Positions 48,621 through 61,359 of a stretch of 64,000 nucleotides of DNA are shown here, in pieces. The DNA comes from Octopus sinensis. Lineage: Eukaryota. The notes beneath the pieces were generated by a model. That model was given only the letters and a program-made list of their open reading frames with translations, did not search any database and was not told the DNA's origin. Each line of letters opens with the position of its first letter. Within the stretch, counting starts at the first letter, position 1. A program made the translations under genes and the position numbers. Where the stretch lies: positions 11,222,001 through 11,286,000 of the forward strand of contig NC_043014.1 in the NCBI RefSeq assembly GCF_006345805.1. The letters run 5' to 3'.

Positions 48621-50244
48621 CAAGTCTAAAAGAAATTTAAACGGAGCAATAGCATACAGAATGGAAATATATTAAAAGATATGATGGTTAATCAAGAAAT
48701 TCTTTCGTTTTATTTCGTTTCTTTGCGTTTTGGTCTCTGAGTGGAAAGCTGTTTATTCGTTAAGTGACAGCTAAGGACACACCGGTTTATTTTGCATTAC
48801 TTGCAAGTGCTTGTGACATTCGATTGAAAGAACTGCTATTTAAGATTGATATATAAAAAAATAATAAAGGAGAGGGTGACAGAGAAAGACAAAAGGCAAA
48901 AAAAGCTGTCGGGCAAATTTTATTATCAACTATGTAATACATTTATTAACAGATTTCTTGTAGAAAATAATAATTATATTTTAAAATAACAATGCTTGTA
49001 CAAACAAACTTCTAATTAAAAAAAATATTTTGCATATATTTTTTTTTTTTCTCGGAGTGGTCAGTAATTACAGATGTTTATTTTAGAATACAATTTTTTT
49101 CTTTTTCTTTTTAGTATGTTAATACGGTTGAGTAGAATTTGTCACTCTGTTATATAGATAGTTATGCTGTGAATTTAAAACTTTTTTGAAATAAAAAAAA
49201 AAAAATAAATAAATATAATTTAATTAAGGTTAGGTCATATTGAACCTGGTTCGAAATAGAAGAAAATCTTCTTCAGATTAGAATGGAATTTAGTTTATAG
49301 CTGATCAGGTTACATTGACAAACTTAAAACACATTCGATATCTTGAACTGTTGTTGAAAATGAACAGGCTTTTGGGAAAAAAATATTTATTGCATAACTA
49401 ATGATTGACAGAGTTACGAAATCGTTGTTATATCTTTCCAGCTTTAGGTGTACCATAATATTGGATTTTACTGTTCGTTTACTAGCACTTACACTCAGAA
49501 AAACAGGAAATCATTTCTAATTTGTCTAATATGCGATGCCTAAGATATTTTCTAGCGACAAATATTGAGTGAAGCCCATGAGACAAGTCTGTTAAGTAGG
49601 CAAGCTAAAGCAGTCAGGTCCAGTTTTCGTTCGTCCAACTAGCCAGCGGCTAGCTACTTTCAATGTATTAATGGTGTTCTTACTTAAATTAACTACCCTT
49701 CCGAATATTAGCTCGCATTTTATTTTTATTTGTTTAGCTTACATTTACATGGAAAAGAAAACTTCGTGCTTTGAAAATGACCATTTAAATGTTATATCAA
49801 AATAAGTACTTATTTTCTTAAGTATTATTACTGTTTGCGTGAAATAAAATTTGTTCTTTTACAAGGGATTGTTAAATAATAAAAGTGTCAATTAAATTTG
49901 GGGGAAATATTCACCATTCCTTCGTTCAAATAATAAACTATAATAGGTAAATTGCTTTAAAACTTTGTAAATAGTCTAGATTCAAACATACTGGATTTAG
50001 TAAAAATAGTACCGGATGATAAATTTAGAAATTTTATTTCATTTTATTATTATTATTTTTTTTTTACTTTCTGTTGACTTTGTGAATGAAGATTTGCGTA
50101 ACAAAAATAAAATAGAATGGAATTAATTAAAACAAATATAATTTAAAAGACAATCCACTCATTGCATTTTAATGAGATATGAGTTCAACTTCATTAAACT
50201 AATTTGTCTGTTGTTAATTATTGTGGTAAACTTGAAATGACAGG

Positions 50245-50329
50245 AAGGAAGGAAGGAAGGTGGGGAAGGAATGAAGGAAAGTAAGTGGGGGAAGGTAAGA
50301 AAGAAAGAAAGAAAGAAAGAGTGACGGAA

Positions 50330-50365
<36 letters not shown>

Positions 50366-50400
50366 AAAAAGAGACAGAAAAGAAAAAGAAAGAATTCTTC
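50245..50400. repeat. (GGAA)n/(GAAA)n microsatellite
   Basis: Direct reading. Confidence 0.9.
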
Positions 50401-51116
50401 TGGATCAATGAGTCATGCTGCAAGTTTGTAACATCCGTTATAAACACCACACTACCACCAACACCACTACCAACACCACCACCAACACTACCACTAACAC
50501 CTCAAAGTGACAGTTTATACCTTCTTACGCGGAAGATATTAAAAAAGAAAAACTTCTATAAGAAATATTATTTAAAGACCATTGACGAGTATATACTTAT
50601 ACAGATATATATATATATTTCCTAAGTTATTTTAGTATGTAGTAGACATGAAGTGTGTCGCTATACTGAAGATGGGAAACATGAGCCCGCAGGCTAAGGT
50701 TTAATTTTTTTGATTGGGACAGTTGCACTAAGTGCTGTTGGGAATATGTAACTCTTCAGTCTCTTGTAAAATTAATCATTGATTTGTTACATATGCATGA
50801 GTCGGGTCAAATTTCGAGAAGGAGCTGCTTATCTCCTATCCCTTTCCTCTGGGCATAATATTCTTGGGTTCGGGGAAAGATATAAACGATTTTCACACAG
50901 AAAAGAAGAAAAAAAAAGCTCCACTATTTTGACAAAGAACGCTAGAAGGATAAAACAATGGTTTCATACCTCTTAGCAATCGTTAAGTGTTATGCAATAA
51001 ATGTTTTTTTCCTCCACTTCCAATAACAGAAGCTTTAACTTCTAAGTTCTAGAATATCGAAAGTGTTTCAAGTTTGTCTATGTGGCTTTTAAATTTTGGT
51101 AGAAGGCCAGCAATTT

Positions 51117-52070
51117 TGTGGGAGAGGTAAGACGATTACATCGATCTTCAGTACTCAACTGCCAATTGTTTTATCGGCCTCGAAAGGATAAAAGGCAAAG
51201 TCGGCCCTGGCGGGATTTGAACTCAGAACGGATATTTGGAAGAAATACCTATTTCTTTACTACCCACAAGGGGCTAAACACAGATGAGACAAACAAGGAC
51301 TGACAGACGGATTAAGTCGATTATATCGACCCCAGTGCGTAACTGGTACTTAATTTATCGAGCCCGAAAGGATGAAAGGCAAAGTCGACCTCGGCGGAAT
51401 TTGAACTCAGAACGTAACGGCAGACGAAATACCTATTTCTTTTACTACCCACAAGAGGCTAAACATAGAGGGGACAAACAAGGACAGACAAACGGATTAA
51501 GTCGATTACATCGACCACAGTGCGTAACTGGTACTTATTTAATCGACCCCGAAAGAATGAAAGGCAAAGTCGACCGCGGCGGAATTTGAACTCAGAACGT
51601 AACGGCAGAAGAAATACTTATTTCTTTACTACCCACAAGGGGCTAAACACAGAAGGGACAAACAAGGACAGACATAGTATTAAGTCGATTAAATCGACTC
51701 CAGTGCGTAACTGGTAATTAATTTATCGACCCCGAAAGGATGAAAGGCAAAGTCGACCTCGGCGGAATTTGAACTCAGAACATATCGGCAGACGAAATAC
51801 CGCTAAGCATTTTGTCCGGTGTGGTAACGATTCTGCCAGCTCGCCAACTTTTATAACAGTAATAATCGTTGCTGCTATAGGCACAAAGTCAGAAACTTTG
51901 AGAAAGGGGACTAGTCGATAGCATCAACCCCAGTGCTCAACTAGTACTTATTTTATAGACCCCGAAAGGATGAAAAGCAAAGTCGACCTCGGCGGAATTT
52001 GAGCTAAGAACGTCAAGTCGAAAGAAATGCCGTTAAGCAATTTGTCCGGCGCAATAATGATTCTCTTAGC
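51117..52070 (-). mobile_element. Family B SINE multimer (head at ~51845, three ~185-bp units plus a partial unit) and a diverged copy at 51880-52070
   Basis: Junction gaaatacctatttc at ~51242 and ~51426, variant at ~51611. Confidence 0.9.
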
Positions 52071-52453
52071 TCGCCCGCTTTAATATGGTTGTGTGGTAAG
52101 CTGTTTGCTTTCCAACTACGTGATTCTGGGTTCAGTCCTACTGGTGGCACTTTGGACCTGTGTCTTCTACAATAGCCGCGGACTGACCATAGTGTTTTGA
52201 GTAAAGCCAGGTGAGTAGAATTGGAAAACGGAAAACGAAAGAAGCCTGTCGTAGATATTTGCGTGTGTATGTGTGTATGCCTTTGAGTTTATCCACCAAG
52301 ACGCTTAACAACCGATGTTGACTCGATTACGTCCCCACATAGCGGTTAATCAAAAGAAACCGATAGAATGAGTACTAGGTTTAAAGATAAGTACTTGGAT
52401 AAATTTGTTCGACTAGACCTTTCAAGGCAGGAGCCCGATATAGCCGCAATCTA

Positions 52454-53018
52454 TTGGGTTGTCCGGAAAGTTCGTGCCGATTTATAGCAGCTTACCTTTC
52501 GACTTATTTTAGAACATAGTTGAGTCCGTAAAATAAGATTTCACTACACTTCCATTTAGAGCACAGTTTAAGCTATCTTTTCGTGGAAGAAGGTTTATGT
52601 TCCTATAACCTGTGTTAATTCTGTAACCCTTTAAAATGGAAGATAAGAAAGTTCATTTTCGGCACTTGATGCTTTGGGAACCAGACAAAAATTGCTGCAG
52701 TTCGGCTGGGATGTGTTACCCCACCCTCCATATTCACCAGATATTGCTACTTCGGATTTCCTCTTATTCAGGTCTCTGCAGAATAGTCTTAATTGTAAAA
52801 ATTTCAATTCCTTGGATGACGTAAAAAGATACCTTGATGAATTCTTTGCCATGAAACCACCTCAATTCTGGAAAGAGGGTATTTTCAAATTAAAGGAAAG
52901 ATGGAGACGCATTGTGCAACAAAATGGTTCATATTTGGTTGATTAAAAAGGTAATGACATGTATTTATTGACCTTTTCCTTTCCTTTAAAAAATCGGCAC
53001 GAACTTCGGACAACCCAA
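52454..53018 (+). mobile_element. Internally deleted mariner element inserted in a family A SINE (52085-53040)
   Basis: TA TSD 52452-52453 and 53019-53020; TIR ttgggttgtccg(ga)aagttcgtgccgattt; N-terminus MEDKKVHFRHLMLWE abuts C-terminus RQKLLQFGWDVLPHPPYSPDIATSDF...RWRRIVQQNGSYLVD*. Confidence 0.95.
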
Positions 53019-53384
53019 TAATATATGACACAAGTAAAAGATACATCTCCACTTTCCTTTTCAAATCCTATAGGACGTCATTTTTCATTGCCTTACCTCT
53101 ACCCATGTCTTGTTCTGAAGTTGCCTCAGAGAGGCACGGCTTTACATTTGTTTGTATATTTACATTCATACCAATAACTTTGCCGTGTTTGTTTGCGTCA
53201 CCGTCGTCTACGTTCGTTCATTATTCCCAGCAGCTCTTTGCTGTTGACGTCACTATAATGAACAATATTGTTAAAGGCGTGAGACTGTTATGGTTTTTGA
53301 ACGATAACTGACATGGAAAGAGCATCTCCATGTATTATGTGTGAATTTTCTGTTTGTTCTTGTGTCATCTTCCAGTTTAGTTTT

Positions 53385-53710
53385 TTAATATATGGCTCAG
53401 TAGTTTGAGCGTCGGGCTCACAATCATGATGTAGTGAGTTCGATTTCCGGACCAGGCTCTGTGTTGAGTTCTTTAGCAAGACACTTTATTTCATGTTGCT
53501 CCAGTTCACTCAGCTGTAGAAATGAGTTCCGATGTCACTGGTGCCAAACTGTATCGGCTTTTGCCTTTCCTTTGGATAACATCAGTGGTGTGGAGAGGAG
53601 AGGCTGGAATGCGTGGGCGACTGCTGGTCTTCCAACCTTACCTGGACTTGTGCCTTGGAAGGGAACTTTCTGGGTGCAATCCCATGGTCATTCATGGCCG
53701 AGGTGGAGAT
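53385..53710 (+). mobile_element. tRNA-derived SINE
   Basis: A box tggctcagtagtttgagc, B box gagttcgatttcc. Confidence 0.8.
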
Positions 53711-53871
53711 CTTTATATATATAAATCTTTTGTAAAAAAATATAAGTATCAGCGTAAGCAGTGATAAGGAATAAACGAAAATTAGACAAGTTTAAATATG
53801 TTTGTACATATTTTAACTTCTAAAGGCAAATACACTGCAGTTTACTATGGAGAAAAAAATACTTGCTTAGG

Positions 53872-54055
53872 CGATGGCGTGACTGTGTGGTAAGAAGTTT
53901 ACTTCCCAACCACATGGTTCCGGGTTCAGTCCCACTGCGTGGCACCTTGGACAAGTGTCTTCTACTATAGTCTCGGGCCGACCAAAGATTTGTCAGTGGA
54001 TTTGGCAGACGGAAACTGAAAGAAGCACAGCGTATATGTATGTGTGTGTGGTGTG

Positions 54056-54093
<38 letters not shown>

Positions 54094-54300
54094 CAGTGTG
54101 TCTGTGTTTGTCCATACCACCGTCGTTTGACAACCAATGCTGGTGTGTTTACGTCCCCGTAACTTAGTGGTTCCGCAAAAGAATTCGATAGAATAAGTAC
54201 TAGGCTTACAAAGAATAAGTCCTGGGGTCGATTTGCTCGACTAAAGGCGGTGCTCCAGCATGGCCACAGTCAAATGACTGAAACAAGTAAAAGAATAGAA
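53872..54300 (+). mobile_element. Family A SINE, full length
   Basis: Close to consensus. Confidence 0.92.
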
Positions 54301-54764
54301 GAACGGTTAAAGGCGTAAGAACCCCTTTTCTGCCCAGCTTCGCCCCGTCTCGGATTCCTAGATACGTTTCTGACTCTCTTTAGCCTTCCTCAGTCGGAGA
54401 TATCGAAGAGAGACAACCCTGGACAGATTATAATGCCACAGCTTTATCTTCGAAACGCGGTAAATTTGCCTTTAGAAGTTAAAATATATCGCAAACGTAT
54501 GTGAACTAATCTGAGGTTCGTTTATTCATCATCACTGCTTAGCGCTGATATTAACTATATTCATTCTGACCAGGCGGTCAGCAAGCGCAGCTCAGTCACT
54601 AATATCGATTGTTCAGTCCAACGTGCCGCACGAGTCAGGTTAGTTTGACGAGCCGACGAAACTTACAGGTGCATGGAGCCGAGTCAGACGCTTAGAAGAC
54701 AACACATGTAACTCTTATCATATGTGGTAAATCCCACTTACCGTCGTTTGTTCATATATATATA

Positions 54765-54801
<37 letters not shown>

Positions 54802-54802
<1 letters not shown>

Positions 54803-55100
54803 GGCGCAATTGCCCAGTGGTTAGAGCAGCGGACTTGCGGTCGGAGGATCGCAGTTTCGATTCCCAGACCGGGCGTTGTGTGTGCTTATTAAGCGAAAAC
54901 ACATAAAAGCTCCACGAGGCTCCAGCAGCGGGTGGTAACGACCTCTATTGTACTCTTTCGCCACAACTTTCTCTCACTCTCTCTCTTCCTGTTTCTTGAG
55001 TAACGCCGCGATGGACTGGCGTCCCGTCCAGCTGGGGGAACACATACGCTACAGAAACCGGGAAACCGGGCCCATGAGCCTGGCTAGGCTTGAAAAGGGC
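54802..55100 (+). mobile_element. tRNA-derived SINE (family C head, different tail)
   Basis: ggcgcaattgcccagtggttagagc...gtttcgattccc...cccatgagcctggctaggcttgaaaaggg. Confidence 0.85.
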
Positions 55101-55103
55101 GAC

Positions 55104-55185
<82 letters not shown>

Positions 55186-55199
55186 TAATAAATGAAATA

Positions 55200-55652
55200 A
55201 AACATATGCATATATATAAACATATATGTACGTACCTACCTCTACATGTACATATACACGCATATATGAGTACAGGATACCAAAGGGACGTCGAACACAA
55301 AGAGAACGAAAATAGACACAAACCAAAGGAACTGGACATTTTTTTAAAACAACAAAAAATGGAGTACAGGACAATTAACACAACGAAAAACCCCTTCTTC
55401 AGTCGCTAAGGTTTCATCTACTCTACGTTTCGAAGGATAAAAGCGAGACGTATCTTCGACAAGAAACTTTCCTTCCTGCGAAAAGCAAATCAATTAAAAT
55501 TCTGAGATCTTTTCGCAGAGGGGTAAAAAATGGTAAAAAAAATGGTAAAAAAAACAGGACAGTAACGACAGTACAAAAATATAAACAGTAAAAAAATAAA
55601 CAGTAAAAAAATATAAACAGTAAAAAAATATAACAGTAAAAGACAGGACAGG

Positions 55653-55725
<73 letters not shown>

Positions 55726-56090
55726 TTAAGGGTTTGCAACTGTACAGTCAACATGCAGGAATTGGACACCTATTTTGTATATCTTAAACGACGAGATTCG
55801 ACTTACAAATTATTTAAAATTTTATTAATTAATTTTCTGAAAGTCTAGAATTGAAACAGCTGTAAGAGATGTTTGTCATTTTTTTAATTGATAAATAGTA
55901 ATTTATTAATTATATCTCTACTTTCATATCTTATTATAATAAGTAAATATATATATAAACCATGGTTTATATAGTTAAACTTACAGTTGAATATTAACTG
56001 TAATGTTTGACATTCTTTGTATAGGGAATTAACCAATACTTTCATAGGATTTTGCTATCCCTTAATGAGGTTTGTAACCTTTATTTGAAC
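55200..56090. mobile_element. Penelope-pLTR-like AT-rich repeats (55200-55650 with decayed hammerhead-like motifs; 55720-56090 similar to 43290-43520)
   Basis: Minus strand cttcGAAACGTAgag and ctgaagaagggg at ~55392-55435; family shared with 21985-22450. Confidence 0.5.
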
Positions 56091-56189
56091 TTCTGTTATG
56101 TATGTATGTATGTATGTATGTATGTATGTATATATATATATATATATATATACATACACACATACATACATACATACACATATATATGT

Positions 56190-56700
<511 letters not shown>

Positions 56701-56714
56701 TCTATATATGTATA

Positions 56715-56771
<57 letters not shown>

Positions 56772-56774
56772 ATA

Positions 56775-57690
56775 TATATAACGGGAGCTTTATGAAAATA
56801 GACAAAAGACGAAGGCAGGTTTACGGAAATAAACAAAAGACGAAGGCAGGTGGAATACAAACAAACAATTGTATTAGTATGGCGCTCAGGAAATATAAAT
56901 AAAACAAGTCTTTAACGTTTCGAGCCTACGCTCTTCAACAGAAAGATAGATAGAGAAAAAAAACACAGAAAGAAGGAGAGAAAAAAATGCGTGCAGAGGC
57001 TAGCGAATCAACATGGCGATCTGATTTCGGCCAAAAGTGAAAGATCAAACGTGAGACGCAAGAGCGAAATTAGGGGAGATAATAGGGTTAAATGACCTCG
57101 CTCCAACATAAGAGTGTGTGTGTGTGTATGAGAGAGTATTAGTGCGTATGAGAGGTCTGGACGTGTGTATGTATATATGATGTGATGTGTAAATTCGTAT
57201 GGTGTAGTGTAGAGAGAGGAGATGATGGAAGAGGGGGGTAAGGGGGGAGAGAGGGGAGGGGAGGGGGAGAAAGAAAGGGGAGAAGAGGAGGGGGAAGGGG
57301 GAGAAGGAAGGAGAGGAGAAGAGGAGGGGGAGAGGAGGAGGGAGGATAGAGGGAGATAGAGAGAAGGGGAGTGAGGGAGCAGAGAGAAAGAGGGAAGGGG
57401 AAAGGGAAGAAGGAGGGAGGGAGAAAGAGGGAAGAAGGGAAGAGGAGTAGGGGTGAAAGGATGAAGGACTGAAGAGAAGTAGGGGTCGGGGGGGAGGTTA
57501 GATGAGGAGGGGGGAGAGGGGGTTAGATGAGGAGGGGAGGAGAGTTGAGACCAAATGGCGTATAAGAGCGAAGAGAGAAGATTAATTCCTGTTCACGGCG
57601 CAAACGGGAATCCGGATGGCCTCTGTGTAAGGACAAACCGAACACAGACAGGTGTTGCAAGGAGTGACCGGTGGAGCGGAAATGGCATAT
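56775..57690 (-). mobile_element. Penelope-like element 3' end: GIY-YIG C-terminus, pyrimidine-rich UTR, hammerhead
   Basis: 57685-57542 reads HFRSTGHSLQHLSVFGLSLHRGHPDSRLRREQELIFSLRSYTPFGLNS. Confidence 0.85.
56909..56946 (-). ncRNA. Minimal hammerhead motif with variant core CUGUUGA
   Basis: tcttt-CTGTTGA-a-gagc[gtag]gctc-GAAAC-GTT^-aaaga; perfect stems I and II. Confidence 0.7.
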
Positions 57691-57737
57691 ATATATGTAT
57701 ATATATATAACTTAGTGTATATATATATATATATATA

Positions 57738-58203
57738 CGAGCAGTATTGCCCGGCTTTGCAAAATGGTCACATTTAATTTAAAGTGTTAAAAATGTTATG
57801 AAAACAATTGGTATGTGTTCACAAAGTCCAAACGATTAATACGAAAAAACCCTCCAGGCTACATCCCGAAAATTCATTTCTTTGCCGAATTTCTACAATG
57901 CGATTCGTTTTTATATCTTGATTTTTTATTTTTCATGCAATTTACGCATGCTTGCACGTGTGTTGAACACAGTTCACGTCAAACAGCTGACTGAGTAAAG
58001 TTCACTATTCAATGCATGGGATAAGGCCTAAACAAACACATTATCGATTTTTGCACTTGCGAGATGAATTTTGGAACAGAAATAGCGCAGTTCATTTTTC
58101 ATTCGCCTAAACTTTAAGTGACTCATTTTTGGTGGTTCTAAGATTTGTTGGCTAGGAGGAGATGTGCCGGGAAGTTAAACACACGGACATACAAGTTGAG
58201 TTT

Positions 58204-58205
<2 letters not shown>
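57738..58205 (-). mobile_element. Non-autonomous Helitron, second family
   Basis: Minus 3' end gcaaagccgggcaatactgCTCG|t (variant of CTAG); 5' end lies in a (TA)n tract. Confidence 0.65.
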
Positions 58206-58288
<83 letters not shown>

Positions 58289-58539
58289 GAGAGAGAGAGA
58301 GAGAGATGTATGTGTGTGTGTGTATGTATGTATGCAGTAAAATAAGGATTCAGATAGAATCAAGTACTTGAAAAGATATGCACCAGGTAGGGCTGGACAA
58401 ACCTATAGTTCCGGCCTATAGTTGGTAAGTATCAAATAAGATATTCCGGTTGTGTACACTGAGTAAACCAACCCAATGAGTATTTAGCGCTTAGGAGCTG
58501 GTCCAAACGACGCGTTACGTTGTTGGTCTACTCTAGGGC

Positions 58540-58778
58540 AGTGCTTCTCAAACTATCTGATGTGGCGTACCGGCACTTTTTTTCCTATGTGCCAGGAACC
58601 GGTAATATTTCTTAATAATATTAATTTATACCGAAAACAATATATATAATGAAAAAAATAAAAGTTGACAATTTATGTTTTATCGTAATAGTTATTTTGT
58701 AAACAAATAATACAATATTACATAAACATTTTATAATGTTTCTTTTTTTCTGGAAACTCGCCGCGTACCAGCAGCTGA
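58540..58778. mobile_element. hAT-type MITE, truncated
   Basis: cagtgcttctcaaac start; matches 36776-37020. Confidence 0.8.
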
Positions 58779-58804
58779 TACATATATATATATGAAATCC
58801 GTTG

Positions 58805-59243
58805 GAAGGACAACCCAGAGGACAAAGAAATAAGAACCCACAGTATGGTAGAAGCCATAGCTACTCATAATAAAAAGGTGTAGTGATGGAATGTCCCAGT
58901 GAAAATCTCAATAAAATATAAGCACAACAGACCTGATATAATGATTTGGGATAGTGAAGAGAAACTGTGTACAGTTGTGGAAATTGCTGCCCAGCGGATG
59001 TTAACATAAAGCTGAAGATCAGTGAAAAAGAGAACACCCATGCTGAACTATTGAAAAATTTGCAGTTACTCTATCCAGATTACAAGTTCAGGTTTATTAC
59101 CTGTAATTATTGGGGCTTTTAGATAGGTAGCACACTGCCTAAATACCAATCTTGAGAAATTAGGCTTCCCAAAACCAGAAAGGAGAAAACTAATTCGAAG
59201 ACTACAGATCCACTCTATTAATGGAACTATAAAAATCTATAAG
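58805..59243 (+). pseudogene. R4/Dong-type LINE restriction-like endonuclease fragment
   Basis: WNVPVK...KHNRPDIMIWDSEEKLCTVVEI..P.DVNI..K..EK...PVIIGA...LEKLGF...LQIHSINGTIKIYK (PD-(D/E)xK pattern), with frameshifts. Confidence 0.82.
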
Positions 59244-59326
59244 GTTAGGATTTTAGGGTTAGGGTTAAGGTTTTAGAGTTAGGGTTAGGGTTGTAAGGTT
59301 AGAGTTAGGGTTTTAGGGTTAGGGTT
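59243..59326 (+). repeat. Interstitial degenerate (TTAGGG)n tract
   Basis: ggttaggattttagggttagggttaagg...ttagggttttagggttagggtt. Confidence 0.85.
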
Positions 59327-60678
59327 GTCATAAATAACAGTGACAAACGAAATATACATTTCCGGAAGTTCTTGTTGACGAACAATGGCAGTAATTTTAT
59401 TCAGCTGAATACACGTCATTGATTGGTTGAAATTACCGAAATAAGACTACTTTAACGTGAAATAACTTCGTAAATATAAGTTTTTCTCAAAAATGCTAAG
59501 AGTAAAAGATGTCTTATATGAAACATTCTACCAGTGTCCGAAGTTTGAAAGGGTTTAGTTACAAAAAAATTATTTTTTAAATCTGTTGGTCAAAAGTTAA
59601 AGAACCACACTTATTTCTCCATTACATATAATTAAAAGCCAAAACTGCGACGGACAGACGTGTATAAAAGCAGTCGGAAAGCATGCGAGGTAACGAGAGT
59701 TATATTTTCTTGTTAAAGGGTAGATTGTGTTGAACTTACGTATCTTCATGATCCCTGTTATTGTAGCAGTAGAAACTAAATTGATTAAGTGATATTGTTG
59801 AAACGAAAGTGGGTTAATGAGAAGGGCAAAGAGAGTGGTGGACGGCATAACTGTATCATTGGTAAATTCAATAGCTGTCCTTCTATGACGTTTTCGAACC
59901 GGTCAGCCTGCTCTTTCTGACGGTTGCTCTCACTAATTTTTCTTTATAGAATACTAGTATTCTATATAAAGATGGATATACCTTGTAAGAATAGCTAAAT
60001 AAATGTAGGTCGTTCCTTATCTATTTCAACTTTCCATGGCATAGAAAATGTTAAGTCAAGTGGAAAACACATATATCTGCGTTTATCCCTGAGAGAACAA
60101 TAGGTAGTATGAACAGGGAGAGTCTACAGATTCAGTTTCGAATCTCAGGTAGGGTCAAGCGAGGTCCTACACATCTCATCACCAGTAATAAATACTTGAA
60201 TGACGAAATGTCGGTCGTAAGGATATTTCTAACGACTTATAAACTGTTCAACATTCGTATGTTCTAAGGAGACGAGCTGGCAGAAACGTTCGTCCCTCGG
60301 ATCTTTTCTGTTTGGCTGCCAAGATTTCAAAACTAAATGTTTATTGAAAAGTTTAAAATTTGGTACATTAATGTAGTTTTCCAAACTGAATTACTAGATA
60401 TATTTCACTTTTTCCAGAATTTAAAAAAAAAAAGTTATAGAGGTTTAAAGTTTAATAATTTTCTCTCAGTCAGGAAACAGGATTTGGAAGCTGTCATTTT
60501 GTGCGTGACTGTACATTTTGTCAACATCCTGAAATAGCACGTGTGTGTTTATATGAAACCGTAAACAAATGAATTACGATCGACATATAACTTCTCATAA
60601 CATTTTTTTTACTTTTTGGAATTTACAAAATATTTTTGCGAATTTGTATTATACACATGGGAATTCAAACGATTATCC

Positions 60679-60928
60679 GGTACTATTTAAGAACAGTGGT
60701 CCCGGTGCGCGCACTCGCGTACTCACGCATCCGCGCTAACTAGTCGTGATTAGTCGATCCTACAACGACTACCTAGCAAAGTAAATAAAACACAAAATAA
60801 ATAATTTTTTTACACAAAGTAAATAAAACACAAAAACACAAAGTAAGGATCGACTAGTCACGACTAGCTAGCGCGGATGCGCGAGTACGTGAGTGCGCGC
60901 ACCGGGACCACAGTTCTTAAATAGTACC
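60679..60928. mobile_element. 250-bp MITE with ~85-bp TIRs, Merlin-type ends
   Basis: 9-bp TSD CGATTATCC at 60670-60678 and 60929-60937; TIRs begin GGTAC, fitting the Merlin GGNRM rule. Confidence 0.88.
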
Positions 60929-61161
60929 CGATTATCCAAAAACAAAAAAAAAATTGTGAGGGTGCGTGGTTTAAGGCCTGTTTAGCTGTTATTTTTAGCA
61001 CAACTCACAACCATCTCAATGAGAAAAAAAAACGAGAAAACAACACATATTTTATAGTTTTAAGCATTCAATATGCATTTAATGCGATAAACAGCACATT
61101 ACAAATGAAATATTTCTCAAAATAAGAAACTTATAACACAAACTTAAAAGATATGAATCTA

Positions 61162-61321
61162 GCAGGAGTGGCTGTGTGGTAAGTAGCTTGCTAACCAATC
61201 ACATGGTTCCGGGTTCAGTCCCACTGCGTGGCATCTTGGGCAAGTGTCTTCTGCTATAGCCCCGGGCCGACCAATGCCTTGTGGGTGGATTTGGTAGACG
61301 GAAACTGAAAGAAGCCTGTCG

Positions 61322-61359
<38 letters not shown>

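Noticed and set aside
52674-52946. SETMAR-like gene
   Set aside because: Only a mariner C-terminus between TIRs with TA TSDs; no SET domain; the ATG arises from the deletion junction
54630-54745. Hammerhead-like ttgacga...gaaac motif and a minus-strand donor at ~54741
   Set aside because: No credible stems; the donor lies within ~15 nt of a microsatellite with no exon evidence
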